A DNA stretch of 64,000 nt, taken from an uncultured Candidatus Izemoplasmatales bacterium (GTDB lineage Bacteria; Bacillota_I; Bacilli_A; Izemoplasmatales; Izemoplasmataceae). Made by a program: the position numbers and the translations under genes. The notes beneath the pieces are model-generated. The model was not told the DNA's origin and did not search any database. It saw only the letters and a list, made by a program, of their open reading frames with translations. Shown here one piece after another: positions 60,331 to 64,000 of the stretch. Within the stretch, counting starts at the first letter, position 1; each line of letters opens with the position of its first letter. Location of the stretch: positions 5,672 through 69,671 of the forward strand of contig CAYLQZ010000002.1 of assembly GCA_964386055.1 (NCBI GenBank). Direction: 5' to 3'.

Positions 60331-61061
60331 GATTCAACACTCATTTCTAGTTCATAACTAATGGCAGCTAATATATAAAATGCGGCAGTTTCACTGCGTA
60401 AAATTCTAGGGCCTAACGCTATGCTTAACGCGCCTTGAGATTTTAAATAGTCAATTTCCACATCGCTAAATCCACCTTCAGGCCCAATCAATATTAATAC
60501 ATCCATTCCTGGCTGCAAAGCTTTTATGATTGTTTTTGTGGTTGTTCTTGGTTCAGCTTCATATGCGACTAAAACCTTGTCATACGCTTTAAAATCGATG
60601 GTATTAATCTCTGTTGGCGCATCGATATCCATAATCGTATTTCGTTTGGTTTGTTCGGCGGCTTCCTTAGCGATTTTTTTAAACCGAGTCAGTTTCTTAT
60701 CAAGGGCATTTTCATGAATTTTTACGATGGTGCGACTGGTCATTAAAGGCATAAGGGTCTTCGCCCCTAATTCCGATGCTTTTTGAATGACCAGTTCAAA
60801 TTTTTCTTTGCGGATTAACGATTGCGCAAGTTTAATATTTAAGGGATGCGGGGTGTAGGCAACAGCGTACTGTTTTTCACACTCGATTGCCTTTTCATCA
60901 AGCGATAGAATTTTCATCCGAAAACATTGTTTGTCCATTGTACAAACATCAAAGTCATCGCCAGGTTTCATGCGCATCACATGAAAAACATGATGAATAA
61001 TAGGCGCATCATCTATAACGGTTATTGGATTAATTTTGGTTTTTGTAAAATATCGTTGCAT
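60327..61061 (-). CDS. rsmE: 16S rRNA (uracil1498-N3)-methyltransferase
   Basis: MQRYF N-terminus, SPOUT C-terminus (GPEGGFS, LGPRILRSETA). Confidence 0.9.
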   Translation of the reverse strand: MQRYFTKTKINPITVIDDAPIIHHVFHVMRMKPGDDFDVCTMDKQCFRMKILSLDEKAIECEKQYAVAYTPHPLNIKLAQSLIRKEKFELVIQKASELGAKTLMPLMTSRTIVKIHENALDKKLTRFKKIAKEAAEQTKRNTIMDIDAPTEINTIDFKAYDKVLVAYEAEPRTTTKTIIKALQPGMDVLILIGPEGGFSDVEIDYLKSQGALSIALGPRILRSETAAFYILAAISYELEMSVES

Positions 61062-61175
61062 AGTATCACCTTTAATATTATAGCATTTTTAGTCGCACAC
61101 GCCAATCATTCCCTAAACGATTGAAGGCTTGTGTTGTGTTTGATATAATGGAACCAGAAAGGGAGGCGAAGACAT

Positions 61176-62075
61176 ATGAGTAAAATGACACCGTTTGAAG
61201 AAAAAACCATCACATTAAACAACAACGAAGAAATTTTTTATCGGAAGAAAAAAGGCGGTAGTAATGATTTAGTCTTACTTCATGGCAACATGAGTGCATC
61301 AGAAAACTGGGACATTTTTATGAATGCCCTTAGTACTGATTTTACCGTTTATGCGTTTGATTTACGGGGGTTTGGGGAATCAAGTTATAAAACGCCCATT
61401 GAATCAATTAAAGACTTAAGCGATGATGTAGATGCGGTAACGGAGAAGTTAAAGCTAACGCAGTTTGATTTAGTTGGTTGGTCACTTGGTGGCAACGTCG
61501 CGATGCAGTTTGCCCTAGATTATCCTAAAAAGGTTGATAAACTTGGGTTATTATCCAGTGGGCCGCTGGCAGGCTTTCCCGTTAAGAAACGCTACTTTTT
61601 AAACCTTATTAAAGGGAAAACCTATCTTTCTACAAAAGAAGAGATTAAAAAATCTGTCAAATTCGTTGAAACCTTGCGGGAGAAAAAACGCCGTAAAATG
61701 ATTCGAGGGCTGCTCAATAAAACCCTTTATACGCACGCAAAACCCAATGTCGCACGATTGGTAAAATACGAAAATGCTTTTATGAATCAACGCAATTTGG
61801 CTGATGTGAATTATGCCTTAACCTATTTTAATATTTCTCACCACCATAATGGCGTTATTGAAGGCAATAACAAGATTGATCACATACAGCATAAAACGTT
61901 AATATTGCACGGTGAGAACGATAAAATTGTGCCGCCTAAGCACGCTTACGACATAAAAGAAGCTTTAGGCGAGCGAGCAGAACTGATTACCTATAGTAAT
62001 GCCGGGCACGCTTTGATGGTTGACCGCACCAGTAAACTTTCAAGTAAGTTCCATGAATTTTTCATTGGCACCTAA
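61176..62075 (+). CDS. alpha/beta-fold hydrolase
   Basis: LLHGN oxyanion region, GWSLGG nucleophile elbow, and a C-terminal GH. Confidence 0.8.
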   Translation: MSKMTPFEEKTITLNNNEEIFYRKKKGGSNDLVLLHGNMSASENWDIFMNALSTDFTVYAFDLRGFGESSYKTPIESIKDLSDDVDAVTEKLKLTQFDLVGWSLGGNVAMQFALDYPKKVDKLGLLSSGPLAGFPVKKRYFLNLIKGKTYLSTKEEIKKSVKFVETLREKKRRKMIRGLLNKTLYTHAKPNVARLVKYENAFMNQRNLADVNYALTYFNISHHHNGVIEGNNKIDHIQHKTLILHGENDKIVPPKHAYDIKEALGERAELITYSNAGHALMVDRTSKLSSKFHEFFIGT

Positions 62076-62083
62076 ACAAAAGT

Positions 62084-62120
62084 AAGACTTCGCAAATGAT
62101 GATTGCGAAGTCTTTTTTTT
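62084..62120 (+). terminator. rho-independent terminator (also abuts the dnaJ stop)
   Basis: AAGACTTCGCAA / TTGCGAAGTCTT stem plus T8. Confidence 0.85.
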
Positions 62121-63240
62121 ATGTTTTAAATTTACTTTTGATTTTGTCCCAAATGGTGCCTTCACTGCCTAGATCAGTTTTGGCAAGTTGTTGGAAAAGC
62201 TTTTCTTGTTGTTTGGTGAGTTTAGTTGGGGTAATGACTTTAATCACAACGTGAAGATCGCCTTTTCGTTTGCTTCTTAGATTTGGGATTCCCTTGCCTT
62301 TAATACGGAAGGTTTTATGCGATTGGGTTCCTGGTGGAACTTTTAATTTAACGTTGCCGTGTGGCGTCGGGATTAATACTTCATCGCCGAGGGTCGCTTG
62401 GGGAACATTGATGGGCATTTCAACGATTAAATCATCGCCGTGACGTTCGAAGACATCGTCTTCTTGAACATCAAACACGATATATAAGTCTCCTGCTGGA
62501 CCCCCGTTTACCCCTTTATGTCCATAACCTGGCATGCGTAGTTGATTGTTGGTGTCAACGCCGGCTGGGACATTGACGCTAATGGTTTTTTCTTTTCCAA
62601 CAACGCCTTCACCACCGCAGGTTTTACATTTATTTTTAATGCTTTTTCCTGCGCCCCCACATTTAGGACACGCTTGTTGGGTTCTAGTGCGGCCAAACAT
62701 GGTTTGTTGTTCCATCACAACGGTTCCTGAACCGTTACACTGCGAACAAGTTTCAACGTCATCTTTACTGTGGGCGCCACTTCCGTGGCACGTTGAACAT
62801 TCTTCATAAACCGTCGTGCGAATTTTTTTCTTCGCGCCATGGACGGCTTCATCGAAATTTACGCGCATGCGTTTTTGAATATCTTGCCCTTTTCTTGGTT
62901 CATTTGGACGTTGACTTTGGCGACGTCTTCCGCCTCCAAAGAATTGTGAAAATATATCATCGAAATCAAAGTCTTGGAAGCCACCAGCGCCCCCAAAGCC
63001 TTCAAACCCGCCACCGCCTTGGTTGGCAGAGTGACCGAATTGATCATACTGGGCACGTTTTTGTTGGTCACTTAAGATTTCATACGCTTCTCGGACTTCT
63101 TTAAACTTCGTTTCTGCGTCTTCTTCTTTCGATACATCAGGATGATACTGTTTTGCGAGTTTCCTGTATGCTTTTTTTATGTCTTCCTTGGAGGCGCTTT
63201 TATCGACGCCAAGGACTTCATAATAGTCTCGTTTGCTCAT
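62119..63240 (-). CDS. dnaJ: molecular chaperone DnaJ
   Basis: J-domain HPD, G/F region, and four CxxCxGxG zinc-finger repeats. Confidence 0.95.
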   Translation of the reverse strand: MSKRDYYEVLGVDKSASKEDIKKAYRKLAKQYHPDVSKEEDAETKFKEVREAYEILSDQQKRAQYDQFGHSANQGGGGFEGFGGAGGFQDFDFDDIFSQFFGGGRRRQSQRPNEPRKGQDIQKRMRVNFDEAVHGAKKKIRTTVYEECSTCHGSGAHSKDDVETCSQCNGSGTVVMEQQTMFGRTRTQQACPKCGGAGKSIKNKCKTCGGEGVVGKEKTISVNVPAGVDTNNQLRMPGYGHKGVNGGPAGDLYIVFDVQEDDVFERHGDDLIVEMPINVPQATLGDEVLIPTPHGNVKLKVPPGTQSHKTFRIKGKGIPNLRSKRKGDLHVVIKVITPTKLTKQQEKLFQQLAKTDLGSEGTIWDKIKSKFKT

Positions 63241-63261
63241 GGAATCACCTCATTATCAAGC

Positions 63262-63289
63262 GATAAAGCAGCGCGTTGGCTGCTTTATC
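63262..63289 (-). other. intercistronic hairpin between dnaK and dnaJ
   Basis: GATAAAGCAGC / GCTGCTTTATC stem with no following T-run. Possible processing or attenuation element. Confidence 0.4.
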
Positions 63290-63290
63290 C

Positions 63291-64000
63291 TTATTCGTCG
63301 TCTACTTCTTCATAGTCTGCGTCGACTACGTCGTCATCATCGCTGCTTGCATCGTCGCTTGCGCCTTCTTCTTCACTCGCTTGTTGTTGCTGAGCTTGTT
63401 GCGCTTTTTCGTATGCTTTACTTGCAATGCCTTGTGCTACTTTTTCTAACGCTTCTTTTTTCGCTTTGATGGCTTCTAAATCGTCGCCTTCAAGCGCTTT
63501 TTTAAGTTCATCAATTTTCGCTTCAGCGTCTTCTTTTTCACTCGCTTCAACGTCATCGCCAAGGTCTTTGATTGATTTGTTGGTTTGGAAGATTAGTTGA
63601 TCTGCTTCGTTGCGAGTTTCAGCTTCTTGTTTACGTTCTTCGTCGGCTTCTTTATTTTCTTCCGCTTCTTTAACCATACGGTCAATATCGTCTTCGGTTA
63701 AGCCTTCGTTATTTTTAATGGTAATATTTTGACTCTTACCAGTGCCTAAGTCTTTGGCCGTTACGTGAACGATACCGTTGGCGTCAATGTCGAAGGTTAC
63801 TTCGATTTGAGGAACGCCTCTAGGCGCTGCTGGAATATCGGTTAATTGGAACTTACCGAGGGTTTTATTGTCTTTTGACATTGGTCGTTCCCCTTGAAGC
63901 ACGTGAATATCAACGGCTGGTTGATTATCTTGTGCGGTAGAGAAGACTTGTGATTTATTGGTTGGGATCGTTGTATTTCTTTCAATAAGTTTTGTGAATA
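63291..64000 (-). CDS. dnaK: molecular chaperone DnaK (C-terminal part; the gene continues beyond the window)
   Basis: Substrate-binding and lid region ([19 protein letters not shown]) with an acidic C-terminal tail. The reading frame stays open to position 64000. Confidence 0.95.
   Translation of the reverse strand, partial: FTKLIERNTTIPTNKSQVFSTAQDNQPAVDIHVLQGERPMSKDNKTLGKFQLTDIPAAPRGVPQIEVTFDIDANGIVHVTAKDLGTGKSQNITIKNNEGLTEDDIDRMVKEAEENKEADEERKQEAETRNEADQLIFQTNKSIKDLGDDVEASEKEDAEAKIDELKKALEGDDLEAIKAKKEALEKVAQGIASKAYEKAQQAQQQQASEEEGASDDASSDDDDVVDADYEEVDDE

Overview
AT-rich chromosomal window from a low-GC Firmicutes/Mollicutes-type genome. Long ORFs read through with the standard code and show no UGA recoding, so the source looks Acholeplasma- or Erysipelotrichia-like; that is an inference. 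Most of the window is housekeeping, and as I recall it the gene order follows Bacillus subtilis blocks: radC, rplU-rpmA-obg, ruvA, apt-relA-dtd, hisS-aspS-tcdA, plsY/parE-parC/yneF, and nif3-trmK-sigA-dnaG-glyQS-recO-era-cdd-ybeY-phoH-rpsU-mtaB-rsmE-dnaJ-dnaK. I saw no rRNA, tRNA, CRISPR array, transposase or prophage. The points that stand out are: (1) a near-canonical Firmicutes-type dif site in a 483-bp gene-free gap, with gene orientation converging on it, which suggests the replication terminus; (2) a tight four-gene cassette (membrane protein, ankyrin-repeat protein, NYN+LOTUS RNase, membrane protein) with no assignable function; (3) a structured leader with a c-di-GMP-I (GEMM-I)-like core upstream of a small secreted protein next to a SipW-type signal peptidase, all inserted with two GNAT genes into the conserved relA-dtd/hisS-aspS block; (4) a Fic-fold protein with a degenerate active site directly downstream of parE-parC; (5) tandem ferredoxin paralogues, one with a Cys-to-Ser change in a cluster motif; (6) an amino-acid ABC binding lipoprotein fused to a cytochrome b5-like domain; (7) ruvA translationally coupled to an unknown protein rather than ruvB; (8) an L27 pro-peptide with no prp gene in the operon. 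All functional calls rest on motif recognition by eye. No database search was run.
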